Below, piece by piece: positions 17,492-27,052 of a DNA stretch of 64,000 bases. The notes under the pieces were generated by a model, which was given only the letters and a program-made list of their open reading frames with translations, ran no database searches and was not told the origin of the DNA. The translations under genes and the position numbers were made by a program. Source of the DNA: an uncultured Gammaproteobacteria bacterium (GTDB lineage Bacteria; Patescibacteriota; Microgenomatia; Levybacterales; UBA12049); the NCBI GenBank assembly GCA_964503265.1, contig CAZCYO010000002.1:2604-66603 (forward strand), given 5' to 3'. How positions within the stretch are numbered: position 1 is the stretch's first letter; each line of letters begins with the position of its first letter.

Positions 17492-19498
17492 TTACATCAC
17501 CAATCCTTCTAACGATTGAGTCTCGATTATTGGCGCATGCTGTGTAACTGCTGGAGTATTCGCCTCCGCTCCTAAAATTCCATCCACAAGTATTTCACCG
17601 ATACGATGGATCGCAGTAACTCGTTCGTTCATTCCTTTTCCGTCGATAAATGCACCGGCATCATTCATAAATGGCTTACCACCAGCCATAATAACTATGG
17701 CGTATGGCTTTCCATTTATGGTGACAATTGCTGCATCGCCAATCATGTTTCCATATAATCCCCATTTATGAATAATAGGAAGGTTACTATCTTGAGCGAC
17801 AGGCGTTAGTAAATCTTCACGACTAGTCGTTCCTCCCTGCATCCAAGAAAAAAGAAGGTCTTTTTGGTTTTCTGGGATAACATCGCCTTTATAAACATTT
17901 GAGAGAAAGGTAGCTAAATCATCTGAAGATGTGTAGTTATTTGCGATGTCAAAATTAGTCGCACCATGGACATGTGCGAAGTTTTCAATTCTACTTTTCC
18001 CGATGAGTCCATAGAGTGTTTTCCAGGCGACATTATCACTTTGATTTATCATCAGTCGCATGAGTTGCTCGACGGTATAGTTGCCAACTTTTTGGTCAAG
18101 ACGGATATCTCCTTTATTCACTGCATCAAATACCGCTGCCGCGACATATACTTTAACGGTGCTGGCACCAGTGTCTACACGATCTCCCTTAATGCCCACC
18201 ACCATTTCTCCGCTTTCTATATCTCGAACAGAAATAGCCACATCAATATTCTTTTTTTGATATTCAGCGATAATTTCCTGGACTTTTTCATTCATGTTCA
18301 CATACACATTTTCTTTCGGTTCTGAAACTTCATGTGGTTGTGGAAGATTTGCACTCACCTGAATAACCGGCATCTCAACGTGATGCGGTCCTTCGGCTAG
18401 AGGAGGAGGAATACTTTCTCCTTGTGTAATTGTCTGAGGAATTTCTGATGTATTAAGTTGTGGATCCTGGGGAGGAATCATATTCTGCGAAACGATAGGG
18501 TGATAATTTGATTGTGGGACTGTCGTCTCAGGTAATTCTAGACGCTGACTAGTTAGGGACGTATCGAGTGTTTGCGTGGGAACAACTTCGCGAGGTGAAT
18601 CAGTAGCGATAACTTTTGCATTTTCTGCCACGGTTCCCATAAGTGAAAGTACTACTGCTGCTGCCATAACACGCTGTGTAACTCTTTGTTTCCATCCAAG
18701 TCTTTTTCTGTGCAGTCGTTCTTTTTCTCGTGCTTTTATAATTTGTGCATCAAGGCCTTTTTGCAGTCTCTTAGCACGATCAGCTGCTTCTGCCTCTAAA
18801 CGATTCTCTGATGATGATTCACTGTGAGATACAGTATCGAAAGAAACAACAGGCGCTTCTTCTTCTGTGGCAGTGTCTAACTGATCTAGCGGTTGTGCAC
18901 TAGCTAACTCAGTTTGTGCGGGAGAAGGCGCTAGCTCATCAGGCTCTAGCTGTGGCGCAAGCTGTGGCGCAAGTGGTTTATCCTGAGCAGTTATTTGCTC
19001 AAGAACAGTATGTGCAGTTGTAGTAGACACTGCTTCACGTAAAGCATGAATGCGGGCTCGTTGGTTAATACTGGTTAAGAGTTTACGGGTTTCAGCAACA
19101 CTTACTACGAGGGCATCCTTCGCGATACTTGAAGCTAATTGCTCTCGAACTAATGCGTTAAATTCTTTTATTTTTCCTTTTTCTTTGAGCCCATCTGCAA
19201 CTAGTCTCTCTTTAATTTGAGCTCGCAATTCTTTTTTTCGAGCAGCTAGGGAATTTTTCAATTCATTTCGTACTTCCATAATTCCTTCTTTAAGTTCATC
19301 GGTACTTCTTCCTTCAGAAAGAATCGATGCGAAAATAGAAGATGCAATGTTTTTCCCTTCAGCACTTATCTTATTCGTACCTTCTTTAAGAATAGATGAT
19401 CCGACAGGCTGTGATGAAATTTTCTCTTTGAGGATAGATGACGTGGATGGTACGTGGATTGTTTCGCCGTTTGATTGAACACCTTCGGATTCTGCCAT
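17492..19498 (-). CDS. membrane protein: cytoplasmic coiled-coil N-domain, one TM, extracytoplasmic class-A beta-lactamase/PBP-like serine hydrolase domain
   Basis: 668 aa; STVK (SxxK), SDN and KWG(KTG-like) motifs in C-terminal 270 aa; TM VMAAAVVLSLMGTVA; APQL repeats. Confidence 0.7.
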   Translation of the reverse strand: MAESEGVQSNGETIHVPSTSSILKEKISSQPVGSSILKEGTNKISAEGKNIASSIFASILSEGRSTDELKEGIMEVRNELKNSLAARKKELRAQIKERLVADGLKEKGKIKEFNALVREQLASSIAKDALVVSVAETRKLLTSINQRARIHALREAVSTTTAHTVLEQITAQDKPLAPQLAPQLEPDELAPSPAQTELASAQPLDQLDTATEEEAPVVSFDTVSHSESSSENRLEAEAADRAKRLQKGLDAQIIKAREKERLHRKRLGWKQRVTQRVMAAAVVLSLMGTVAENAKVIATDSPREVVPTQTLDTSLTSQRLELPETTVPQSNYHPIVSQNMIPPQDPQLNTSEIPQTITQGESIPPPLAEGPHHVEMPVIQVSANLPQPHEVSEPKENVYVNMNEKVQEIIAEYQKKNIDVAISVRDIESGEMVVGIKGDRVDTGASTVKVYVAAAVFDAVNKGDIRLDQKVGNYTVEQLMRLMINQSDNVAWKTLYGLIGKSRIENFAHVHGATNFDIANNYTSSDDLATFLSNVYKGDVIPENQKDLLFSWMQGGTTSREDLLTPVAQDSNLPIIHKWGLYGNMIGDAAIVTINGKPYAIVIMAGGKPFMNDAGAFIDGKGMNERVTAIHRIGEILVDGILGAEANTPAVTQHAPIIETQSLEGLVM

Positions 19499-19501
19499 GG
19501 C

Positions 19502-19795
19502 TTATGTTTCTAATTCTTGAAGAGCAGTATCTATTGCTTTAGCAATTTTCGTATCAAGATCAGGAATTTTTCCTCGTGCAAAGGAAAGTGCTTTTTCATC
19601 CTGTTCTTCTTCACAAAGTCGTAAAAAAATTAATGCATCGTCCTCAGATAATCCTTCAAGGGTTGTATTAAGTGCAATCGTTGAACCAAGCTCACTTAGG
19701 GAATCAATAAATGTTTCTTGCTTTTCAGCTGGGGCTTCCTCAAGTTGAAAATATCCGAGAAGAGATTTTTTAAGTTCTGGTGTAAAAAACGACAT
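19502..19795 (-). CDS. small acidic hypothetical protein
   Basis: 97 aa, 4 nt upstream of previous gene (operon). Confidence 0.4.
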   Translation of the reverse strand: MSFFTPELKKSLLGYFQLEEAPAEKQETFIDSLSELGSTIALNTTLEGLSEDDALIFLRLCEEEQDEKALSFARGKIPDLDTKIAKAIDTALQELET

Positions 19796-19839
19796 ATCAT
19801 AATAGTAAGATAAAGAACTAGGAGAAGCAATAACTGTCC

Positions 19840-19867
19840 CTCTTTGACAATCTCAGTTCATCTGATA
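19840..19867 (+). repeat. 28-bp direct repeat copy 1 (contains TTGACA)
   Basis: ctctttgacaatctcagttcatctgata identical to 22280..22307. Confidence 0.8.
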
Positions 19868-20170
19868 AGTCTTGCGCGTGGATCCCACTATAAATATCAC
19901 CTAAAAAGTTATCGATAGCTATTGATTATCGAGCAGGCTCAGTAGTCCAGTGTGAAAGGAGGTCATGGGTTTTAATTGTTAAAGCAGAGAAGATATCCAT
20001 ACTTTTTTCTATTTCTCCTGGGGAAAGCTCTTTCAGATAATTTCCAAGCTCGTGTGCTTTAGAGAATAGTTGAGGTTATCTCAGCGTCTCACCTTGAGGG
20101 GCACAGACTGCATGGTTTTTGATGAGTGTAATAAAATTGTCATTTCTTATAGTTTCAAGTGTAATTATAC
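19868..20170 (-). pseudogene. degraded duplicate of yaaA 5' region (first about 95 codons plus about 35 bp upstream)
   Basis: About 70% nt identity to 14871..15185 by eye; translation MTILLHSSKTMQSVPLKVRR* has multiple stops. Confidence 0.7.
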
Positions 20171-20183
20171 ATTCGTACGTATT

Positions 20184-20945
20184 TTAATATACCGTAATTT
20201 TTCTGTGAGCAATGCTAATTTTTCCTTCTTTTGCTAACTCATCGAGTGCTTCTGTTACCCGTGAGCGAGTCGCCCAGAGTAAGTCTGCAATTTCTTCTTG
20301 GGAAAGTGTGATTTCGTTATTCGGAAAGTAGGGAGCAAGGTACGTAAGGACAATCATCGTACGTTCGTGAAGGTTTTTTGAAAATAATTCTTCTAAATAG
20401 TTGTCGAAATAGGTAACCGTGCTTGCAAATAATTCAAAAAAAATAAAAGCAAGTGTGGGGTATTCATGTACGAGTCGTTCGAAATCATTTTGGGATAGAA
20501 CGAGTGTTTCTGTCTGGAGAAGTGCTTGGGCGCTTACTGTATTTGGTTTATTATTAATGAGTCCCATTTCTCCAATCATATCTTTCGTTCCTAAAATATC
20601 GATATTTATGTAATGACCTTCAAGAGTCGTTCTATATGTACTCACGACTCCTTCATAAATAAAATATGCATGATGACTATCAGCATCTTGAAATAGTATT
20701 ACATCAGACTTCTGAAATGTTTTTGGATAGGTCCATTCTGCTAATGCTCTAAGTGTTTTCGTCGAAACATCAGCAAAAAGCGGAAAGACACTTAAGATTT
20801 GTAATTTTTCGTCTGTTGACATGAGCTTATTATAAGCCTTTATTCGCCATCTCTCAACTATAACCCCTAAGGATACTCTACCTACTTCTTTTACATCGTT
20901 CCCCAGAGAACATAAATTCGTGCCTATTCCTTCTATTATCACCAT
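20184..20945 (-). CDS. Crp/Fnr-family transcriptional regulator
   Basis: 253 aa; cNMP-binding-like beta-roll plus C-terminal HTH RSRVTEALDELAKEGKI. Confidence 0.8.
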   Translation of the reverse strand: MVIIEGIGTNLCSLGNDVKEVGRVSLGVIVERWRIKAYNKLMSTDEKLQILSVFPLFADVSTKTLRALAEWTYPKTFQKSDVILFQDADSHHAYFIYEGVVSTYRTTLEGHYINIDILGTKDMIGEMGLINNKPNTVSAQALLQTETLVLSQNDFERLVHEYPTLAFIFFELFASTVTYFDNYLEELFSKNLHERTMIVLTYLAPYFPNNEITLSQEEIADLLWATRSRVTEALDELAKEGKISIAHRKITVY

Positions 20946-21119
20946 AGAAATAAAGAAATCTAGACAATTTGCGTCACCAATTTCTTTTTTCTACTATTCG
21001 CACATTAACAAGATATGGATCAATTCTCTGATAGAGCACAGAGGAAAGAAGAGTAACTCTTTTCTTTTTTCTCAACTCTATCAGAGAGATAGAGGAGGGT
21101 ATATAAGGAGGACATAGTC

Positions 21120-21521
21120 ATGTACGACGAGCCCGAAGAGAGCTATCGGTTTATCCCACCGTTCATCATCTGGACGTTCGTGATCATCCTGGCGCTCACG
21201 TTCGCGACAGTCGCTGGAGTGAAGGTTTACCAACACTACCAGCTTGGCATCGAGAACCGAAACACCCAGATCGTTAGGCAATCGAACCAGTACGTCACGA
21301 GCAAGCAAGAACACCTCGTCACGCTCATGGCCGACTACCGAGACCTTCAGGTGAAGATCGACGTACTGTCGAAAGATCCTTCGAACATGACGACAGTCGC
21401 TGGGATGCAGGACCAAGAGCGGGCGATTGTGCGCGAGATGCGCCAAACGACCGCAACACTGCAACCAGACCAGATCCCACCCGACATCGCGCGATTCCTC
21501 GCCGAATCATCGTACCGCTAA
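21120..21521 (+). CDS. hypothetical membrane-anchored protein in high-GC segment
   Basis: 133 aa; TM FIIWTFVIILALTFATVAGV; SD aaggagg; GC far above genome background. Confidence 0.5.
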   Translation: MYDEPEESYRFIPPFIIWTFVIILALTFATVAGVKVYQHYQLGIENRNTQIVRQSNQYVTSKQEHLVTLMADYRDLQVKIDVLSKDPSNMTTVAGMQDQERAIVREMRQTTATLQPDQIPPDIARFLAESSYR

Positions 21522-21544
21522 TCTACTCCCGAAAGGAGACAGCA

Positions 21545-22189
21545 GTGGATACTCAAACAATCACTCTTCGTTTCCCACGTCGGTGGGTGACAATGATCAG
21601 CGTCTTCGTCGTGTGTACCATGGCGTTTCTTCTGCTGAGCGCGAGCTCTTGTGATGGCACTTCGAGTGCCGAGCAGAATGACCGAGCTGTCACCGACAAG
21701 CAACTGGACATCTACAATAAGGCGCAGCCCGTGCACCTGTACAACTACAGCATGCCCAGGGATGTCATGCAGCAGATCTACGATAGCATCATGACTGCGC
21801 ATAACACCTGGACGGTCTTCTTCGAAGCCGGCATCGGCGCGGTGGACATGTGTCCGTCAGTAGGATTTCCCATCCCTGGCGGTACACAGCTCACCAACCC
21901 GGAGAAGCCGCTCTGGAATAACAGCGCAAGCGCTACGATTCCTCAAGCAGAACCGACCGGGCTGTACCCGCCAGCTGGCTCGAGCGATAGCACGTGGGTT
22001 CTCTGTGTCTACAATGGCAAAGTGGAACCTCGCTACTCCGAGCCACATGTTATGACATACACCCACCCAGTCAAGGTGGAGAATGGGAAGATAATCCATC
22101 TCGATGGTGCATCGTCGATCACGATCAACATCAACTCGCCGAGTAGTCCTGTCGTGGATACTTCGCCCTCACCGTCTCCGTCTCGCTAA
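21545..22189 (+). CDS. hypothetical secreted/lipoprotein-like protein in high-GC segment
   Basis: 214 aa; N-terminal TM/signal with Cys (LLLSASSCDG); Pro/Ser-rich C-terminus. Confidence 0.5.
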   Translation: MDTQTITLRFPRRWVTMISVFVVCTMAFLLLSASSCDGTSSAEQNDRAVTDKQLDIYNKAQPVHLYNYSMPRDVMQQIYDSIMTAHNTWTVFFEAGIGAVDMCPSVGFPIPGGTQLTNPEKPLWNNSASATIPQAEPTGLYPPAGSSDSTWVLCVYNGKVEPRYSEPHVMTYTHPVKVENGKIIHLDGASSITININSPSSPVVDTSPSPSPSR

Positions 22190-22229
22190 CGATCCATATC
22201 CTGCTTCCACGTAGGGAGCATGTGCATTT

Positions 22230-22257
22230 GGCCCGGATGGATAACACCATCCGGGCC
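22230..22257 (+). terminator. GC-rich hairpin terminator after high-GC ORFs
   Basis: ggcccggatgg-ataaca-ccatccgggcc then T-rich. Confidence 0.5.
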
Positions 22258-22279
22258 TTCTGCGTTATATAAAGACATT

Positions 22280-22307
22280 CTCTTTGACAATCTCAGTTCA
22301 TCTGATA
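22280..22307 (+). repeat. 28-bp direct repeat copy 2; functions as promoter of the AI-2E gene
   Basis: TTGACA-16-TATAGT upstream of ATG 22318. Confidence 0.8.
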
Positions 22308-22317
22308 TAGTTAAGAT

Positions 22318-23313
22318 ATGACTCCACGATTTTTGCAATATTTGCTTCGGAACCAAGTCATTTTTGCGCTGTTTTTAATTGGATTTGGATGGTTTATTTA
22401 TATGACAAGAGGCATTATCGCTTCTATTTTTATCGCATATATTATTACTGCTGCAATTATGCCTATCGTCGCATTTTTACGACGATGTAAAGTACCACGA
22501 GTGCTCGCTATTATTACGACATATCTCGTGATCCTTATTATTCTTTTTTCATTAATTCTTCCACTTGTGCCATTCTTTATAACGCAGGTGAGAGCTCTTG
22601 TCACAGGACTTCCAGGATATATCGATCAAGCAGCAAATGTACTGGGAATGCGTATTAACCAAGCACAAATTCGAGAATTCGCTAACCAAGAACTCGGAGC
22701 ACTTGGTCAAAATGCCTTTGAGGTAACCAGACAAGTATTTGGCGGAGTATTTTCAACACTCACGATCTTCATTATTGCGCTTTATATGACGCTCTATCAT
22801 GATCAATTTAAACATACATTTGCGAAATTATTTCATCGAGACGACAGACCACATGTCGAGGAAACATTTGAACTTGTGGATGAAAAATTAGGAGCTTGGC
22901 TTCGAGGACAGGTACTTCTCTCACTAACAATTGGGCTGTTTACATGGATTGCACTTAGTGCTGTCGGACTAAACTATGCACTTCCACTCGCACTGTTAGC
23001 TGGTTTTCTCGAAGTTATTCCAACCATCGGACCAATTTTATCTGCTATACCAGCAGTAATCGTAGCACTGACCATTTCACCGACGATGGCACTCGTCGTC
23101 ATCGGAATCTATATCGCAATTCAACTTGCTGAGAATAACATCATCGTACCCAAAATTATGCAGCATGCAGTAGGGCTAAATCCTGTTATTATTATTATCG
23201 CAATTTTAGTCGGAGCAGAGTTACTTGGCATCACTGGAGCATTACTATCACTTCCATTCGTCTCATTTGTTACAGTGATTTTTCATAGCCTCCAAACAGC
23301 AGACGATAAATAA
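22318..23313 (+). CDS. AI-2E family transporter (PerM/UPF0118)
   Basis: 331 aa polytopic; LAGFLEVIPTIGPIL and AENNIIVPKIM match family signature. Confidence 0.85.
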   Translation: MTPRFLQYLLRNQVIFALFLIGFGWFIYMTRGIIASIFIAYIITAAIMPIVAFLRRCKVPRVLAIITTYLVILIILFSLILPLVPFFITQVRALVTGLPGYIDQAANVLGMRINQAQIREFANQELGALGQNAFEVTRQVFGGVFSTLTIFIIALYMTLYHDQFKHTFAKLFHRDDRPHVEETFELVDEKLGAWLRGQVLLSLTIGLFTWIALSAVGLNYALPLALLAGFLEVIPTIGPILSAIPAVIVALTISPTMALVVIGIYIAIQLAENNIIVPKIMQHAVGLNPVIIIIAILVGAELLGITGALLSLPFVSFVTVIFHSLQTADDK

Positions 23314-23353
23314 CTTTCCATTTGTGTTCAATTTTGCTAAAATACTCTTACTT

Positions 23354-23424
23354 GCGGGTGTAGTTCAATGGCAGAACACAACTTTTCCAAAGTTGATACG
23401 AGGGTTCGATTCCCTTCACCCGCT
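23354..23424 (+). tRNA. tRNA-Gly (anticodon TCC)
   Basis: Hand-folded: acceptor GCGGGTG/CACCCGC, D stem GTTC/GAAC, anticodon stem CAACT/AGTTG loop TTTCCAA, T-loop TTCGATT. Confidence 0.85.
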
Positions 23425-23445
23425 CACATTAGTAATTAGTTGTGA

Positions 23446-24207
23446 TTGGTTATTGGAATCACAATAATTTCCCCTTTGCATTCCTTAGGTATACTATACT
23501 CTGCTATGGATATTAAAAAAGAATTTTTTCATGTATATGATTCCTTTATTCATCTCTTTCTGAAAGATGAAAAAAAACCATATACGTATGTATCACTTGG
23601 AGACAGCACAGTTCAAGGGCTTGGTGCCACGAACCAAGCCAGAACCTATCCTGGGATTATTTTTGGCGCACTGAAAGAAACACATAAAGATGCAGCTTGG
23701 CATAACTTAGGCAGACAAGAATTTCGTGTGTGCGATATTATCGATCATCGACTAGAAAAAGCAATTTCTTTTAAGCCTGATCTTGTCACACTTTCTGTTG
23801 GAGCAAATGATATTCGGTATAGAACACGAGCACGTAAATTTGAAAATGACTTACAACTGTTGTTAACGAGATTAAAAAAAGAAACAAACGCTGAGATTGT
23901 GATGAATACCATTCCTGACTTTTCACTAACTCCAGCAGTCCCGAAAAATTTAAAAGCATATACGAGACTCGCCGTATGGAGATTTAATCGAATTATCGCA
24001 AATCAAACTAAAAAAGCAGGAGTGGTTCTCGTCGATCTTCATCTCCTGAGTAAGATATATGCAAAAAACTATCCCGAGACAATTGCACCTGATGGATTCC
24101 ATCCAACAGATTTCGGATATGCGATTTGGGCCAACACGATTCTCAGTCAAATTCAAGAAATCGTTTTTACCAAGAGAAAAAGAATATTTAGGAAAATTAG
24201 CATATAA
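23446..24207 (+). CDS. SGNH/GDSL-family hydrolase
   Basis: GDS motif VSLGDSTVQG, GANDI block, C-terminal DGFHP; true start probably at MDIKK (23506). Confidence 0.75.
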   Translation: MVIGITIISPLHSLGILYSAMDIKKEFFHVYDSFIHLFLKDEKKPYTYVSLGDSTVQGLGATNQARTYPGIIFGALKETHKDAAWHNLGRQEFRVCDIIDHRLEKAISFKPDLVTLSVGANDIRYRTRARKFENDLQLLLTRLKKETNAEIVMNTIPDFSLTPAVPKNLKAYTRLAVWRFNRIIANQTKKAGVVLVDLHLLSKIYAKNYPETIAPDGFHPTDFGYAIWANTILSQIQEIVFTKRKRIFRKISI

Positions 24208-24273
24208 ATATGATCATGTTTTAACTTCGAAAACCTTGTAATATTATAGGGTATATACTATAATGATCTCCTG

Positions 24274-24300
24274 CCTCGTATTTCGATACGAGGTTTTTTT
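24274..24300 (+). terminator. rho-independent terminator
   Basis: cctcgtat-ttcg-atacgagg followed by T7. Confidence 0.6.
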
Positions 24301-25932
24301 ATGAGACATATTCCCAATCTACTTACATATAATAAACCGTCTGGACTTTCACGACTGATAACGTTTTTTTCTCGACCTCATGTAACAGCATTTACCCATC
24401 TTAGGACAACAGAAAAAGGCAAAGGATTCTTCTATAAAGGGAAAGAATTTGTACACCATTCAGATCTTGCGCTATCTGAAACTGCTTTTCATCGTTTTTC
24501 TTCTGCACAAATAGTTATGCTCGCTCTTTTCGCTATCAGCTTTGAGATCGGACTATTTATGAATTGGCATGCCACCCTCGTAGTACTCATGGGAATTCTG
24601 ACGTTTCTTTATTTTTTTGATTTATTATTTAATTTTTTTCTTATTTTTCGGAGCTTCATCAATCCTACAGAAATTCATATAACTCATAAAGAACTTGTAA
24701 ATGTTGACTCTGCTGAATGGCCTATGTACACGGTGTTTTGCCCATTATATAAAGAATGGCAAGTCCTACCGCAATTCGTTAAAGCCATGAGCGCACTTGA
24801 TTATCCAAAAGATAAAGTAGAAGTTATGCTTCTTCTTGAAGAGGACGATAAAGAAACAATTCGCCACGTCAATGAATATAATTTACCAAATTATTTCACC
24901 GTGACAATAGTTCCACATTCTTTTCCTAAAACAAAACCAAAAGCATGTAACTATGGTCTTCTTCGTGCAAAAGGGGACTATATCGTGATATATGATGCTG
25001 AAGATATCCCAGATCCTAAACAGTTAAAAAAAGCAGTACTCGCTTTCAAAAAAACAGGAGAAAAAACAGTTTGTATCCAGGCAAAACTTAACTTTTATAA
25101 TCCACATCAAAATATGCTTACACGTGCATTTACAGCTGAATATTCACTATGGTTTGATTTAGTCCTCACCGGGCTTCAATCAATTAATGCACCAATTCCA
25201 CTTGGTGGCACGTCTAATCACTTTAGGAAAAACGATTTACTAAAACTTCGTGGATGGGATTCATTTAATGTAACTGAAGATTGTGATTTAGGAATGAGAA
25301 TTGCAAAACAAGGCCTACGAACTGCACTTCTGGATTCAACAACGCTTGAGGAAGCAAATAGTGGGAAGAAGAATTGGCTTCTCCAAAGAAGCAGGTGGAT
25401 TAAAGGATATATGCAGACATATCTCGTTCACATGAGAAACCCCAGTGAATTCATGAAGAATTGGCGTACACCACATCTTATTACCTTTCAATTAGTAGTC
25501 GGTGGGAAAGTACTCTCGATGTTTATCAATCCACTCATGTGGACGATTACAATTTCATATTTTACTCTTCGTGCATATTTTGGCACATTTATCGAGTCAT
25601 TTTTCCCAGGCATTATTCTTTATATGGGTATCTTCTCGCTATTAGTCGGGAATTTTCTCTATGCATATTATTATATGATTGGGTGTGCGAAGCACGGTCA
25701 TCATGAACTTATTAAATATGTCTTTCTCATTCCATTTTACTGGCTTGCTATGAGTGTCGCAGCATGGATTGCACTATACAAATTAATTGTCGCACCACAT
25801 CACTGGTCTAAAACCAAACACGGTCTTCATTTAGCAAAACATAATCGACGAAAGAAAAGTTTCTTTAAAATCCCTGCAATTTCATCTTTTCCAACGAACA
25901 TTACCTATTTTGACTTTTCTACCATTTCATAA
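24301..25932 (+). CDS. family-2 glycosyltransferase, processive beta-glycan synthase type (cellulose-synthase-like)
   Basis: 543 aa; D..DAEDIPDP (DxD) and QRSRWIKG (QxxRW) motifs; multiple TM helices flanking. Confidence 0.85.
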   Translation: MRHIPNLLTYNKPSGLSRLITFFSRPHVTAFTHLRTTEKGKGFFYKGKEFVHHSDLALSETAFHRFSSAQIVMLALFAISFEIGLFMNWHATLVVLMGILTFLYFFDLLFNFFLIFRSFINPTEIHITHKELVNVDSAEWPMYTVFCPLYKEWQVLPQFVKAMSALDYPKDKVEVMLLLEEDDKETIRHVNEYNLPNYFTVTIVPHSFPKTKPKACNYGLLRAKGDYIVIYDAEDIPDPKQLKKAVLAFKKTGEKTVCIQAKLNFYNPHQNMLTRAFTAEYSLWFDLVLTGLQSINAPIPLGGTSNHFRKNDLLKLRGWDSFNVTEDCDLGMRIAKQGLRTALLDSTTLEEANSGKKNWLLQRSRWIKGYMQTYLVHMRNPSEFMKNWRTPHLITFQLVVGGKVLSMFINPLMWTITISYFTLRAYFGTFIESFFPGIILYMGIFSLLVGNFLYAYYYMIGCAKHGHHELIKYVFLIPFYWLAMSVAAWIALYKLIVAPHHWSKTKHGLHLAKHNRRKKSFFKIPAISSFPTNITYFDFSTIS

Positions 25933-25991
25933 GTACTTTCTGTTTGACTTATCCTAGCTCAACTGATAAGGTAATTTAGGAAAGGAGAGAT

Positions 25992-26087
25992 ATGAAAACG
26001 AACAATCCTAAGAAACCAAAATCACTTATCAAAAAACGTACTGATGGCTCCCAGAAGAAACTTATCCGAAAGAGAAAAGAGAAATAG
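25992..26087 (+). CDS. small Lys/Arg-rich hypothetical peptide (31 aa)
   Basis: SD ggaaaggagag upstream of ATG; MKTNNPKKPKSLIKKRTDGSQKKLIRKRKEK. Confidence 0.25.
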   Translation: MKTNNPKKPKSLIKKRTDGSQKKLIRKRKEK

Positions 26088-26090
26088 TCG

Positions 26091-26783
26091 TTATTGAATT
26101 ATTTCTTTCACATGTTCTCGCATCACTGCTAGCTCACTTTTAACAGCAGCTTTACTATCACTTCCGTGAATAAGATTGTTGTGTCTTCCTGTAGCGAAAG
26201 TTCCTCGTATTGAATCCTCAGCAGCACCATCGACACTCCAATGCCCAATTTGAGATCTCAGCATCTCCACTGCATCTCCTGTGGGTGAATAAAGAAGTAC
26301 AAGCGTACTGACTCCATTCGTCATCATATGTGAGAATTCTTCCCATCTGTGAGAAAATCTTCCTTCATTCTGAGGATGGTTCGGTTTAACTTGTTGTTGT
26401 TTTTCTTTTTGATGTCCACCCCAGAACGCATCAAGCATGTCCTGTGTAAATAAAACTGATAGTGAAAATACCGGTTCTAGAGAAGCGGGAAGTGCGTTAA
26501 TAATCGCCGTAGCAGCGTTTTCATCACTTAGACCTAATTTGTTATCATGCAGATCTGGCTTAAGAAGTGCAAGCGCGATAGCTCCATCATCAATAAGATC
26601 ATCGAGATGAGGATGTGCTAATGCAGCATTTACTCTTTGAAGATATTCTTTATCCAGCTCAGTCAGTGGTAACAGTTCATAATCTTGTGGATCTCGTTCT
26701 GCTACAACATGGATAAGTGACTGCCGAGAAAGAGTAGGAGTTTCTTGGAGATCTTTAAGCTGAGGGAGTATTTGTTCAGACAT
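26091..26783 (-). CDS. nucleoside-diphosphate-kinase-like protein with N-terminal extension
   Basis: C-terminal NLIHGSDS (NDK active-site His motif), RGTFA, LLKPD blocks; 230 aa vs about 140 for canonical NDK. Confidence 0.55.
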   Translation of the reverse strand: MSEQILPQLKDLQETPTLSRQSLIHVVAERDPQDYELLPLTELDKEYLQRVNAALAHPHLDDLIDDGAIALALLKPDLHDNKLGLSDENAATAIINALPASLEPVFSLSVLFTQDMLDAFWGGHQKEKQQQVKPNHPQNEGRFSHRWEEFSHMMTNGVSTLVLLYSPTGDAVEMLRSQIGHWSVDGAAEDSIRGTFATGRHNNLIHGSDSKAAVKSELAVMREHVKEIIQ

Positions 26784-26936
26784 TATTTTTTTTCTCTAAA
26801 GTATTAAGCAGTTGTAAGAATTTATCTATCTGTACGATATCAGCTATACGCTTCTTTTTCGTGTCAGCTTCACTATTATTAAGAGGAACTTGTGGTAAAG
26901 TACTATCCATCCTGCTATCCTAGCACAAATTATTTG

Positions 26937-27010
26937 TCGGGGACAGAGGACTTGAACCTCCGACCTCACGGTCCCAAACCGCGCGCTCTAGCCAACTGAG
27001 CTAGTCCCCG
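26937..27010 (-). tRNA. tRNA-Pro (anticodon TGG)
   Basis: Hand-folded: acceptor CGGGGAC/GTCCCCG, D stem GCTC/GAGC, anticodon loop TTTGGGA, T-loop TTCAAGT. Confidence 0.85.
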
Positions 27011-27052
27011 ATGGACTAAATGGTATTCCGGATTTGATTGATTCGGAATAGT

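Noticed and set aside
21120-22260. High-GC block as a prophage or IS element
   Set aside because: No transposase, integrase or phage structural signatures in the two ORFs; only compositional anomaly and flanking repeats. Reported as an insertion/chimera candidate instead.
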